IMG/VR virus record: IMGVR_UViG_3300033168_000002
Coordinates: 1-63,775 of that record
Strand: one strand, 5' to 3'
Length of the DNA stretch: 63,775 nt
Origin: a virus
Taxonomy: Duplodnaviria; Caudoviricetes
A program made the translations under genes and the position numbers. The notes beneath the pieces were generated by a model, which saw only the letters and a program-made list of their open reading frames with translations, did not search any database and was not told the origin of the DNA. This document shows positions 1 through 9,155 of this stretch, in pieces; position 1 is the stretch's first letter; every line of letters starts with the position of its first letter.

Positions 1-127
1 GACAGGGGGGCACGAGCGGCGGGGGAAGCGGTCATGGCGTGCGGTCCTTTCACGGCGATCAGACAGGAGTATGACGCTCAGGATAGCATAGTTAAGGTGC
101 CATATGGTGAACTAATGAACAACAACT
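1..127 (+). repeat. 127-bp exact copy of 63510-63636 (integrase-side phage arm through att core)
   Basis: Base-by-base identity from GACAGGGGGG to ATGAACAACAACT; diverges at 128 vs 63637. Confidence 0.97.
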
Positions 128-144
128 ACGTACATGACACCTTA
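93..144. other. attP: attP-like site for the large serine integrase
   Basis: Imperfect inverted arms TAAGGTGCCAT (93-103) / ATGACACCTTA (134-144), 10/11 match, 52-bp span, centre AA at 118-119 inside the sequence shared with the right junction. Confidence 0.8.
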
Positions 145-213
145 GGAGCCTACGCGATCATCAACGCGCAGCAGGTCCAGGGCTTGCTGGGCCAGGCACA
201 CGGTGACACCTAA
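115..213 (+). other. Phage-borne replacement 3' end of the host target gene (MNNNYVHDTLGAYAIINAQQVQGLLGQAHGDT*)
   Basis: 12/17 identity (GAYAIINAQQVQGLLGQ vs GSYAIDNARDVQQLLGQ) to the host frame at 63624-63728, same frame from the core. Confidence 0.8.
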
Positions 214-282
214 GCGCGCGCTACACCCAACCACCTCAGTAGCCGATACTCTCCATGAGGCGCGGTCCTGACGCCCTCGGCG

Positions 283-345
283 AGCCGGCGCGGGTCTACT
301 CCCCCGCGCCGGCTTTGCGTTGCGTCTATTTATTTGGCGCAACGC
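283..345 (+). terminator. Hairpin(s) after the replacement 3' end
   Basis: 12-bp stem AGCCGGCGCGGG/CCCGCGCCGGCT (283-314) followed by TTGCGTT; second hairpin 317-345. Confidence 0.55.
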
Positions 346-600
346 CGCAAACTGCCAATAGAGAGAGTGGGATCAACGGTGATGCCGGTAGGAATTGCGA
401 CGTTGCCCGATCTCAGGGCCGGTCATGGCGTGGGGCGCTTATGGCCGATGCATCATTGTGAGAGAGTATGGGCATCAGGCGGTACACTAAGGGCAACAGA
501 AAGGCCGGCGAGCGGTGAGAGGCTCGACCGGCCGTGACACCCAGCTAGGTTAGGAGATCTGGATGTGCTGTCCTCAGTCTAGCAGGGGCGATAGGCGCGT

Positions 601-1482
601 GTGCCGATGAAGCGCCTGCCATGGCCGTGGATCGTCGCCACCCTCTTGGTGATGGGGGGTCTTTCCGTTGTCGCGCTGCTGGCCCACACCGACCCGCACT
701 ACCCGGCCGCTTTCGGTTTTCAGGGGACGCGTGACCAGTGGCAGCTCTTCTGGATCACGTTCTGGTCGACGTCGTTCCCCACGATTGCCACGGCGGCCCT
801 CATCACCCTCCTGGCCGGCCGGTATCTCAACGATCGAGAGCGGCGGCTGGATCAACGTGAGGATGAGCGTCTCGACCGGCAACGCGCCCGCGAGGGCATA
901 GATATCCTACGGCAAACCCTTCGTCGAGTTGTTACTCAACCCGACAATGCGGACATATTCACGTCTCTGTCGCAGAACGCGCCGCCATCAGCTAAATTAG
1001 CCTGGCAACCAGTGGGCGCGACCGCGCTTACTCTGTGGCGTCCCTTGTTGCGCGACGCGGGCACGACGGCGTTCTTCGCATTGGTGGACCAATTGGAGGC
1101 GTCGCGTGTTTTGTATGAGAGAGCGGCTTTTCGCCTCGATGGTTCTTTGATGACTGCCGTTCACGAGGTCGGGTCAGCCTACCGCATGGGGCGACCGGTG
1201 CCACTCACCGCAACGGGTCAAGTGTGGATAGATTGTCCCGATGAGATTGTGAAAGCTTATGCCATTGGTCAGATCATCCCTGTCAATCACGCCCACGTGG
1301 TGGCGACAGTCGAAGGTATGATCCCGAACAGCGCGTTTACATTGGCAACGATGTGGTCCGATATATCCATGATGGGCAATATGTCGATGCACACGACAGA
1401 ATATCGGGAAGCCAGGGCACGGGTGAAGAACGCCGTTCAAGCGATGGCCGCATCCTTAAGCGCCGCACCCATCGAGCGTTAA
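601..1482 (+). CDS. Membrane-anchored hypothetical protein (moron)
   Basis: 293 aa, two N-terminal hydrophobic segments then a charged coil; opposite strand to most phage genes. Confidence 0.65.
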   Translation: MPMKRLPWPWIVATLLVMGGLSVVALLAHTDPHYPAAFGFQGTRDQWQLFWITFWSTSFPTIATAALITLLAGRYLNDRERRLDQREDERLDRQRAREGIDILRQTLRRVVTQPDNADIFTSLSQNAPPSAKLAWQPVGATALTLWRPLLRDAGTTAFFALVDQLEASRVLYERAAFRLDGSLMTAVHEVGSAYRMGRPVPLTATGQVWIDCPDEIVKAYAIGQIIPVNHAHVVATVEGMIPNSAFTLATMWSDISMMGNMSMHTTEYREARARVKNAVQAMAASLSAAPIER

Positions 1483-1796
1483 GGGGGACTGGCGCGCATC
1501 CACACGCTTTCGCGCGCCCTCAGGTCCCGTAGGCCGCTCATGACGGCGGGATCGTCAATGGTATGCGTGACCGGCCACCCGCTCAGATCGTTGTACGCCA
1601 TGACAATCTGACAACTGGGCGTCTGCGTGTCGAGGTTGAAGCCGAAAAATATGTCGCGCACCAGGCACAGGTTGAGGGCACCGCTGACGCCGGGTAGATG
1701 GAGCCACCGGATCGTGTGCGCCGCCGTTCCCTCGACGCGGCGCGTCCCTGGCGGAGCCTCTGAGGGTAGAATGGGCGTGAGTAGAGAGGTGTTCAT
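1479..1796 (-). CDS. Hypothetical protein
   Basis: 105-aa ORF with protein-like composition, upstream GAGAG. Confidence 0.5.
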   Translation of the reverse strand: MNTSLLTPILPSEAPPGTRRVEGTAAHTIRWLHLPGVSGALNLCLVRDIFFGFNLDTQTPSCQIVMAYNDLSGWPVTHTIDDPAVMSGLRDLRARESVWMRASPP

Positions 1797-2387
1797 ACAA
1801 GTAGTTTACTCTCTCACTGTTGGTTAATCATGCAGAGCACGGCGGGACAGGCGGATCGTACGGTCTCAGCCCCTGCCCTCGATAGCGCCTTACCACTCCC
1901 CCACCGCCTTCTTTAACCCCTGGTTGTTCCACCTGACATAGATACGCGTCGTCTCGATCGAGGCATGCCCGAGGTGGTGTGCAGTCATTTCCAGGTCGCC
2001 GCCCACGCTCGCCCGTACCGCTCCTCCAACCGCTGCCACTCCTCCTCCACGCACAGCCGGCAACGCACGGAGCGGCCGGGCTCGAGCGGCCCGCCACAGT
2101 CGGTGCAGTCGGAAACGGCCTGATGGTGGAATAAGGGGTCAGCCGCCTCAGCGGAGGCTACGACGCGTCCTTCGGAGCGGCCCGCATCGGCCAGCGTCCG
2201 TCCGCGATCCAGGCCCCGTCCAGGTAGACGGCGGTCATCTCCGTGCGCCAGTCCGACGCCGCGCACAGCCAGACGACGGGCGTGCTGATGGCGTCAACGC
2301 CGACCTGAACGACATCGTAGGGCACCTGCCGGCCGCTGTTCCCGACCCACACTCTGTCACCCACGGCCGGCGTCCAGTCAGGTACGC

Positions 2388-2912
2388 TCACGATGGCTCC
2401 TCTTCGCGCACCAGCCGGGGCCAGGCGAACGCCAGCGTCTGCGTGTACGTCCCATCGCCGTTGTCCCGCACCGTGATGTCCAGTGGCCGGGCATAGCCAA
2501 CCTGACACGTCTGGCCGATGGTCGGTAGACGCGCTGTTTGTGGCAGGGACATGGGCAGCCCGACGGCGTCGTAGACGTAGACGGGCAGCCCGGCCGCACG
2601 GGCGATACGAATCGTGTACGCCGTTCCTCTGCTCTCATCATCGTACAAGGCCACGAGGGCCTGGCTCGTTTTGACCATCTCTTCGTTGCGGATTAGACCC
2701 GCGCGCTTGCCCAGGCCCTTCCAGTCGGGCACATGCAGGCGCACGGGGATACCGCGCTGACGCGCCCACAGGACGCCCAGGCGATCAACCCCCAACGCCC
2801 CGCCACTTATGACCTCCGTGATGTCCAACCCCAGGCCCTCGGCATGCGCGAGGGCGCGATCCACGGCAGCGGCGCTACCGATGGAGCGGCTGCCGGCGAT
2901 GAGCACTCTCAT
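2388..2912 (-). CDS. SLOG-superfamily (DUF2493/YspA-like) protein
   Basis: VLIAGSR, EVISGGALGVD, AGLIRNEEM, SRGT motifs. Confidence 0.85.
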   Translation of the reverse strand: MRVLIAGSRSIGSAAAVDRALAHAEGLGLDITEVISGGALGVDRLGVLWARQRGIPVRLHVPDWKGLGKRAGLIRNEEMVKTSQALVALYDDESRGTAYTIRIARAAGLPVYVYDAVGLPMSLPQTARLPTIGQTCQVGYARPLDITVRDNGDGTYTQTLAFAWPRLVREEEPS

Positions 2913-3106
2913 GATGACTCCTTCGTGGCCTGGTCGCGCGCCGCTATTGCTTCCTCGATCAAGATACGGATCATGTGCGCTGGTGGCCGCTTTTCTATAG
3001 CGGCTAGCTGGTCGATACGCTCGCGCATTGCTGGCTCTAACCGCATCGTGAAGTTGGCCCCTAACGTGCGTGGCCGGACGCCTCGTTTACTTTCACTCAC
3101 TCCCAC
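2909..3106 (-). CDS. Ribbon-helix-helix (Arc/CopG-like) regulator
   Basis: NFTMRLEPAMRERIDQLAAIEKRPPAHMIRILIEEAI. Confidence 0.8.
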   Translation of the reverse strand: MGVSESKRGVRPRTLGANFTMRLEPAMRERIDQLAAIEKRPPAHMIRILIEEAIAARDQATKESS

Positions 3107-3140
3107 CCTCCCCTAGTACTTATATCTCAGGGTACAAGAT

Positions 3141-3205
3141 GTTCTCGCCACTTGCAAGAGAACGCATTGTGTTCTATAATACCAATATAGAGAACGCAAG
3201 AGAAC
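3141..3205 (+). promoter_or_regulatory. Sigma70-type promoter with repeated GAGAAC/GTTCT operator half-sites
   Basis: TTGCAA (3152-3157)-N17-TATAAT (3175-3180); half-sites at 3141, 3158, 3171, 3190, 3200. Confidence 0.75.
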
Positions 3206-3224
3206 ACAAAGGGAGGGCACGACG

Positions 3225-3491
3225 ATGGCGAGACGGGGGAAGACAACGAAAGCGGCATACCGACCCAGGATCACGATGAGCCCGGTCTACGGGATTTACT
3301 TTGTGGAGAGTGAGAGCAAGCCGGGGACATGCTACCGCACGGACGCGATCTTAGGAACGTGCAACTGCCCGGCCCGTAAGCCGTGCAAGCATATCAAGCT
3401 GGCTGTAGCAACCTGGGAATGGCACTATCGCCTTCGCTCACTGGCGCGGCGACGGATGGAAGCGGCCGGGGCGTTCCCGGTCGCGGCGTAG
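3225..3491 (+). CDS. SWIM zinc-finger protein
   Basis: VESESKPG..Y..TCNCPA..PCKHI (CxC...CxH); RBS GGGAGG. Confidence 0.75.
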   Translation: MARRGKTTKAAYRPRITMSPVYGIYFVESESKPGTCYRTDAILGTCNCPARKPCKHIKLAVATWEWHYRLRSLARRRMEAAGAFPVAA

Positions 3492-3604
3492 CAGAAACAG
3501 TAAACCAGACAGTAAACCACCGACGACACACTCGATAAAAGACCGGCGCGCCTCCCCTAGACAAGTTGACGCGCCGGCCACCACCACAAGGAGGCTTAAC
3601 TATT

Positions 3605-3979
3605 ATGGCACAGACACTCACGATCACGACGGCGACGACAGAGACCCCGGCGACATGGGCCACCGAGGAGATCGCGGCGCGTAAGGCCCTCTGGACCGCC
3701 GTGGCGGCGCGGTTGGCGGCGACGATGGCGCTGGACACCCAGGAGGAGCGCACGGCCTACCTGGCGGCCGTGGAGGCTGAGGTCGGCTGCACGTACACCG
3801 AGCTACAGCGGGCGATCTGCCAGGCGGCGGGACCGGCGACGGGCTGGGGCGTGGCGAGTGAGCGACGGCTGATGGCGCGCGGCGAGCCCGCACGGGGTTG
3901 CTACGATGGCCCCGGCGAGGATCGGGACCGGGGCCGCTTTAGCCGCGACATGGCGTGCACGCTGGGTCTGGTGGCGTAG
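3605..3979 (+). CDS. Hypothetical protein
   Basis: AGGAGG RBS before ATG 3605. Confidence 0.6.
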   Translation: MAQTLTITTATTETPATWATEEIAARKALWTAVAARLAATMALDTQEERTAYLAAVEAEVGCTYTELQRAICQAAGPATGWGVASERRLMARGEPARGCYDGPGEDRDRGRFSRDMACTLGLVA

Positions 3980-4231
3980 CATGATGGCAGTAGAGGAGTG
4001 CGCGGGCTGTGGCGCGTTGGTCGAGATCCCGGTCGAGATGGCGACGGCAGCGGCATGGTGTCAGGCCTGCGCTGAACAGGCGGCGCTGGATGATGGAGAG
4101 TAGCGCGCGATGATGCGGCGTCAACGCTCTTTCGTCGCACAAGGGCTTGACGCCGAACCCGATTCGTGGCACACTCCCGGTAAGCCGTCGAAGCGACGGC
4201 GGGTCACACCAGGAGCGCGAAGGAGTCCCAA

Positions 4232-4541
4232 CATGGACAACATCGGCAAGGGAGACCAGATCACCACGCCACAGCAGGCCGGCATCACCAAAAATACGAT
4301 GCGGGAGCGGTCGCCCAACGTCCCGATCACCGGGCAGGACGCGTCATTCCAGCGCCCGCCCGGCCTCTCCGACGTGCAGTGGCAGGAGCAACAGGCGTTA
4401 GCGCGCCAGCCCACGCAAACGACGACGGCGGTCCTGGACGGCCTTCATGAGGACGAGGACGACGGGACACCTGGCTTTAGCAAGCCCGGCGTCAGCAAGG
4501 GCTACGACGTGGCAGGGTTGGGGAACTCCTCGCCTACGTAG
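4232..4541 (+). CDS. Hypothetical protein
   Basis: AAGGAG RBS before MDNIG; ends just before terminator; start approximate. Confidence 0.5.
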
Positions 4542-4565
4542 CGGCCCACTCACTTTCATCAGCCT

Positions 4566-4606
4566 GCACAAGCGCCCCTCATCATAACGATGAGGGGCGC
4601 TTGTGC
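4566..4606. terminator. Bidirectional hairpin between convergent genes
   Basis: Perfect 18-bp stem GCACAAGCGCCCCTCATC / GATGAGGGGCGCTTGTGC, 5-nt loop. Confidence 0.8.
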
Positions 4607-4639
4607 GTGTGTGGGGACGGCCGTTAGGGAATGCGTCCC

Positions 4640-5905
4640 CTACCCGATCCGCTCCATGTTCGATCTTTTGTTCCATCCCCACCGACCATCGCGCGTCGTG
4701 ACGCTGCACCAGGGCGCGGAGTCACCGGAGACCGCGATAAGTTCCCAGCCGGCCGTGATGTGGCACGTCACCGGGCTCGTCTCGTCCGGCTGGGCATGCA
4801 GCGCGCCGTCGAAGCGCACCCGGAAACGGAGCGGCACAACGGGTGCGGTCGGCGTCACCGCGCCCTTCGGGGCCGGCCCCTTGTAGACGACGACTTTCTG
4901 GATCGTGGTCGCGGGGTCGGGGCCGTAGTTCACGGTCATGTCGGCAATGATGCCGCCGTACCAGGTATCCGCGAGGGCAACATGGGCGCCATCGCAACTG
5001 GCCAGGGGCGAGAAATGGGTCTGCACCCCGTCAGCCGGGTTGTGGTCGAAGTCCAGGCCGATCACCGCCGTCAGCGTCGGGTCCGCGGCGACGGAGCGCA
5101 GCAGCCCCAAGTCCGCCGGCGCGTTAGTGTAATCGTGGACGGTGACAAGGGTGAGGTCGGGGTAGGCGCGGTGCAGCGCGTCGTCGGGCATCATGTCGCC
5201 GTCCACGTAGATGTGTTCGTTCGTGTACCGGTCGTCGAGCTGCGCGGGCGTGATCTGGTGGCCGTAGTAGCACGCGAGCATGGCCATCGAGGTGACGTAG
5301 CAGCCGTACTGACCGAGCGTGATCCCGTCGGCCGTGCCGAGGCGCTGCATGGCCCAGCGCGGGTCGCGCTGCGCGTAGAGCTGGGGGAAGTGTTTCACGG
5401 GATGGATCTCCTTTGGGATGCTGACGGCATCGCGGAACACCTGGAGCGGGAAGCCGGGTCCGGGGCAGACACGGCCGACGTCGATCTCGTCGTGCGCGAT
5501 GATCTCCAACGGGCCATGCCGGCGCACGATCGAGCGGACCAGCGCCAGGCTCGCGACGAGCTGGGCCGGTGTCACCGGGGAACTGTTGGACGCGTCGCGC
5601 TCATGTTCGATGCCGATGGTGGTCCGGTTAGGGTTCACGCCCCCGTAGAACCGTGACGAGGGGGTGACCTCGCCGGCGTGCCAGGCGCTATCGGCCTCCC
5701 GGACCGTCTGGATAACCGCGCCATCTCTGTTGACAATATAGTGCGCGGAGACCTGCGACGCCGCGCTTTGGAACCACTCCACCGGCCCCGGTTCGTAGCC
5801 AGCGGTCGCGTGCAGGACAATCCCGGTGAGGCGCTGGCCGTCCCTGCCCTGCCAATAGTTCGGGCTGGGCCTCCAGGACACGGGCGCGTAATCGGTTATG
5901 GGCAT
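4640..5905 (-). CDS. Endolysin: Amidase_2 + C39-like peptidase + C-terminal SH3-like domain
   Basis: IVLHATAG, SAHYIV, AWHAG, IGIEHE, CPG (amidase); YAQRDPRW...YGCYVTSMAM, THF (C39-like); GRWGW (SH3b-like). Confidence 0.9.
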   Translation of the reverse strand: MPITDYAPVSWRPSPNYWQGRDGQRLTGIVLHATAGYEPGPVEWFQSAASQVSAHYIVNRDGAVIQTVREADSAWHAGEVTPSSRFYGGVNPNRTTIGIEHERDASNSSPVTPAQLVASLALVRSIVRRHGPLEIIAHDEIDVGRVCPGPGFPLQVFRDAVSIPKEIHPVKHFPQLYAQRDPRWAMQRLGTADGITLGQYGCYVTSMAMLACYYGHQITPAQLDDRYTNEHIYVDGDMMPDDALHRAYPDLTLVTVHDYTNAPADLGLLRSVAADPTLTAVIGLDFDHNPADGVQTHFSPLASCDGAHVALADTWYGGIIADMTVNYGPDPATTIQKVVVYKGPAPKGAVTPTAPVVPLRFRVRFDGALHAQPDETSPVTCHITAGWELIAVSGDSAPWCSVTTRDGRWGWNKRSNMERIG

Positions 5906-5914
5906 CAGTGCTCC

Positions 5915-6610
5915 TTAGGCCGTCGCCTGCGCGGCAACCGCGGGCGTGATCGTGCCCTGCAAATGGACAGGCCCATCCTCCGTCGTATGCAGCGTGCCGC
6001 TCACCGACACGGCCGCCGTATCGCGTGTCATCGCTTCGTCAGTCGGCGGCAATGGGGCCACAGGAGGCGCGGACGGCGCGCTCGCTGCCTGGGCACGCAA
6101 GGCGTCCAGACTGGAGAGCACCGCCTGCTGGCCGGCGGTGAAGGCGTCGCGCACCAGCGTTGTCACGTCATCAGGGCCGGCCGTGGTGGGGGAGGCCGGC
6201 GCCAGCCCGCGCCAGGCCTCGGGGCCGTGTTGCAGTTTGGCCGCCGCGATCGTGGCGTCGATGAGGCTATCGACGTGGCGCTCACTGGCTCCAGGAAATA
6301 CCTGAGCGACGGCCTGTATGACGGAGGCGCGTCGGTCGGCGGGCAGTGTGATCGACTGCTGGGCGGCCAGGACGGTGCGCTCGACGAGTCCCGCCGTGGC
6401 CTGCTGCTCGACCTGCGTGAGGTGCAGGTGCAGCGCCTGGTTGGCAACGGCGATGGCCCAGCCGATGAGCCGGGGGCCGTAGGTGCGCTCCAGGTAGACC
6501 AGGTAGCCCACCAGGCCGATCACAAAGGCGGTGGACAGGTTAGTGATGAGCCAGGCGCCGACGGTGGCGAGGACGCCGAGTAGGCCCGTGATGACGGTTG
6601 CGGCAAGCAT
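5915..6610 (-). CDS. Holin, LL-H-like
   Basis: N-terminal TM segments, VLAAQQ...IDATIAAA pattern, adjacent to endolysin. Confidence 0.65.
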   Translation of the reverse strand: MLAATVITGLLGVLATVGAWLITNLSTAFVIGLVGYLVYLERTYGPRLIGWAIAVANQALHLHLTQVEQQATAGLVERTVLAAQQSITLPADRRASVIQAVAQVFPGASERHVDSLIDATIAAAKLQHGPEAWRGLAPASPTTAGPDDVTTLVRDAFTAGQQAVLSSLDALRAQAASAPSAPPVAPLPPTDEAMTRDTAAVSVSGTLHTTEDGPVHLQGTITPAVAAQATA

Positions 6611-6885
6611 TAGAGTGTCTCCTCTTTTGTCGATGCGGCGTCAGCGGACGCGCGAAGGTGATGGAGTCTGTCAAGCGTACGGGGACGGGGCGGTTCAGGG
6701 GGCGTCAGCACGTCCATCATGACCAGCACCGCCGGATTGAACGGGTCTCGCCAGAATATGAGCATCAGCAGGAGCGTCAGCACGGGTCGCTGGCACCGCG
6801 CGACGCGGCCCAACTGATAGGCGATCGTCGCGCGGGTGTGCGGTGTTAAGGGCCACGTCGGTGTGGTGCTGTGCCAGCGGCTCAT
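6610..6885 (-). CDS. Small membrane protein in lysis cassette
   Basis: AAGAGGAG RBS, one hydrophobic stretch, abuts holin start. Confidence 0.5.
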   Translation of the reverse strand: MSRWHSTTPTWPLTPHTRATIAYQLGRVARCQRPVLTLLLMLIFWRDPFNPAVLVMMDVLTPPEPPRPRTLDRLHHLRASADAASTKEETL

Positions 6886-6913
6886 GAGGGTGTCTCCTCT
6901 TTCGATCCGGTGA

Positions 6914-7786
6914 TCATGGGAGGCGTCCCGTTTTCTCCTCAGCGCGCGTGGACTGCTGGAGGAGGCGCAGCCGCCGCGCTAATTGCGCGCGCCGGACCAT
7001 TTGGGCGATGATATAGACGATGACCACGAGGGCGATGATGGCGAGGGCGACCGTGCGCGTCTGCCCCGCTGTCTGCGACCCGACCAGGAAATAAGAGAAC
7101 GCCGCCACGCCGATCGGGCCAAAGTAGCGCGTGAGCGTGTCGCCCAGTTGCTTGTTTTGCGCGGCGATCTGCGCGGAGAGCGTGGTGGTCTGGGCCTCGG
7201 TCTGCGCGGCAACGGCGGCAATGTGCGCGCGTCGTTCCTCTTCCCGCTCCGCTTCCGCGCGCTCGGCTTCTTTGAGCGCCTCCTGACGTTTAGCCTCGAT
7301 GGCGGTCTGCACTTGCAGGAGGTGGCGCAACTCGGCCATCTCTTCGTCTTGCTTCTCCATGTGCCGCTCGCGCGCCTTGCGGTGCTCGGCGTCCTCGCGG
7401 CTGGTCACGGCGATGGCGCGGATGTCGTTGAGTTGGCGCCGGAGCGCGTCCTGAGAGTCCGTGCCCTGCGCGATGAAGCGCGCCATCTCCTCTTGCACCA
7501 CGCGCGTCAGATCGTCACGCAACGCCACGAAGCGCCCGTCGATGACGGCAAAACGCGGGTCATGGGCTTGCTCGTCGTGAATATGCGTCGCGATGTTGCC
7601 CTCGGCCGTGCCGACGCGGGTCTCCAGGCCGCCCAGGCGCGCGTCGATGCCGTCGCGCCAGTGCGCCAGGACGGCCAGGCGCGCTTCGTGGCCGGCCAGC
7701 GTTGGCTTGCCTCCGCTGAGGCTGGCCGGACGCAGAGGGCTGGTGTCAGCCGTGACACGGTTGGCGTCGCTGGCGGGATCGGGCAT
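6914..7786 (-). CDS. Coiled-coil protein with two C-terminal TM helices (lysis accessory)
   Basis: Long charged coil then two TM segments; first gene of lysis cassette. Confidence 0.6.
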   Translation of the reverse strand: MPDPASDANRVTADTSPLRPASLSGGKPTLAGHEARLAVLAHWRDGIDARLGGLETRVGTAEGNIATHIHDEQAHDPRFAVIDGRFVALRDDLTRVVQEEMARFIAQGTDSQDALRRQLNDIRAIAVTSREDAEHRKARERHMEKQDEEMAELRHLLQVQTAIEAKRQEALKEAERAEAEREEERRAHIAAVAAQTEAQTTTLSAQIAAQNKQLGDTLTRYFGPIGVAAFSYFLVGSQTAGQTRTVALAIIALVVIVYIIAQMVRRAQLARRLRLLQQSTRAEEKTGRLP

Positions 7787-7845
7787 CGGGCAGTCTCTCC
7801 GGGTCGTGTGTGTCGTCGTGTGTCGTCGTTGGGGCGCACGGGTAT

Positions 7846-7882
7846 GGTCAGCCAGCGACGGCGGGCGGGCAAGGGGCCGGGC
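7846..7882 (-). promoter_or_regulatory. Late-promoter-like repeat copy 1 (lysis cassette)
   Basis: GCCCGGCCCCTTGCCCGCCCG (7862-7882); TTGCCC-N17-GACCAT. Confidence 0.6.
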
Positions 7883-7979
7883 AGGGAGAGAGTAACGAGT
7901 CGGGGGTCGGGAGAGTAGCCGTTAGGGGGTAGCGGACGAGGGCAGGAAGGATGATAGTGGAGAGCGTGAGGAGAGCAGG

Positions 7980-9155
7980 ATGGCGCTAGCGGTGGCCCCC
8001 GCGCGGGAAGAGACTGTATCCGGGCACATGCGAGCGGCGGAGCGGGCGCCGCAGTTGCCGGCGTTGACGGGGTTGCGGTTCGTGGCCGCGTTCATCGTGG
8101 TCGTGTCTCACTTTACGTTGAGTGCCCGTTTACCGCTCTTGTTGCCACCCCACGGGATACTCGCCTGGCCCGCGCGCCTCGCCGCCAACGCCGATGCCGT
8201 CGGCAACCTCGGGGTTGATTTCTTCTTCATCCTGTCGGGATTTATTCTGGCCTACATGTATCTCACGCCGGCAGGCGCTCTGCGTTGTACGCGACGGGCG
8301 TTTTGGGTTGCGCGTGCGGGGCGTATCCTCCCGCTCTATCTGTTCGCCTGGGTCGCCACCGCCGCCTTGGCGATCTATGGGCACGAGATGTACGACACCC
8401 CTGTGGTCACCGGATTGTCGTCGTTGACGCTCACGCAAGCGTGGCTGCCCCGATCCGCGATTGCCTTTAATCCACCGGGATGGTCGCTTTCCGCCGAGGT
8501 GTTCTTCTACGCAACCTTCCCGACGTTTGCCATGGCCCTGGCGCGACTTTCTCCACGCGCCCTCGTCCGCGCCGCGGTGCTGCTCTCGTTCGTGTTTGTC
8601 GCGCCCGCCCTGGCCTTACAGGTCTTTGCGCCGAATGATAGCTATTGGCAGGGTATCGTGTATTTTAATCCCCTGCTCAGGCTGCCCGAGTTTCTCCTGG
8701 GTGTTGTCGCGGGTCGCTTGTTTGTGACGACGCCGACGTGTCGCGTCCCACGCTGCACACTCGCTCTCACCGTGCTCGTCATGGGGACAGCGGCGGCCGG
8801 TAGCCCCCTGCTCCCGCGCCACCTGTTGCACAACGGGCTGCTCACCCCCGCTTTCGCCGTCATCATTTATGGGGTCGCGTGCGCGACGCGGGATGGCGCG
8901 CGCACCTCCGCCCTTGTCTTATGGGGCACCGCGCCACTGGTCACGCTGGGAGAAGCCAGTTATGCGCTGTATATTTTGCACTGGCCCATGCTTGATCTCT
9001 TCACACGTCTGGTCGGCGGCGCCCCACCCCCCGGAGGCGTGACCTGCATCACTTTTTTCTGCGCGTATCTGGCCCTGACGGTGGCCGTGTCCGTCCTCGC
9101 CTGGCGCTGCGTCGAAACGCCGGCGCGGCGCGCGATTCGGGCGCGGTGGGGCTAG
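7980..9155 (+). CDS. Acyltransferase-3 (OafA-like) O-acetyltransferase
   Basis: LTGLRFVAA, GVDFFFILSGF, RILPLY, WSLSAEVFFY, LGEASYALYILH, VETP; about 10 TM segments. Confidence 0.93.
   Translation: MALAVAPAREETVSGHMRAAERAPQLPALTGLRFVAAFIVVVSHFTLSARLPLLLPPHGILAWPARLAANADAVGNLGVDFFFILSGFILAYMYLTPAGALRCTRRAFWVARAGRILPLYLFAWVATAALAIYGHEMYDTPVVTGLSSLTLTQAWLPRSAIAFNPPGWSLSAEVFFYATFPTFAMALARLSPRALVRAAVLLSFVFVAPALALQVFAPNDSYWQGIVYFNPLLRLPEFLLGVVAGRLFVTTPTCRVPRCTLALTVLVMGTAAAGSPLLPRHLLHNGLLTPAFAVIIYGVACATRDGARTSALVLWGTAPLVTLGEASYALYILHWPMLDLFTRLVGGAPPPGGVTCITFFCAYLALTVAVSVLAWRCVETPARRAIRARWG

Noticed and set aside
1-127. 127-bp repeat as a virion terminal repeat or a 127-bp att core
   Set aside because: It includes the integrase start and RBS (phage DNA), the second copy is not terminal, and the length matches an assembler k-mer; the true shared core is probably short.
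3158-3175. AGAAC...GTTCT as a LexA box
   Set aside because: Spacer is 7 nt rather than 4; better explained as an RHH operator.
5391-5406. TGTTTCACG as parS
   Set aside because: Half-site only, inside the endolysin coding sequence.
6612-6905. Repeated GTGTCTCCTCTTT at about 6615 and 6890
   Set aside because: Reverse complement is a strong RBS (AAAGAGGAGACAC) used twice.
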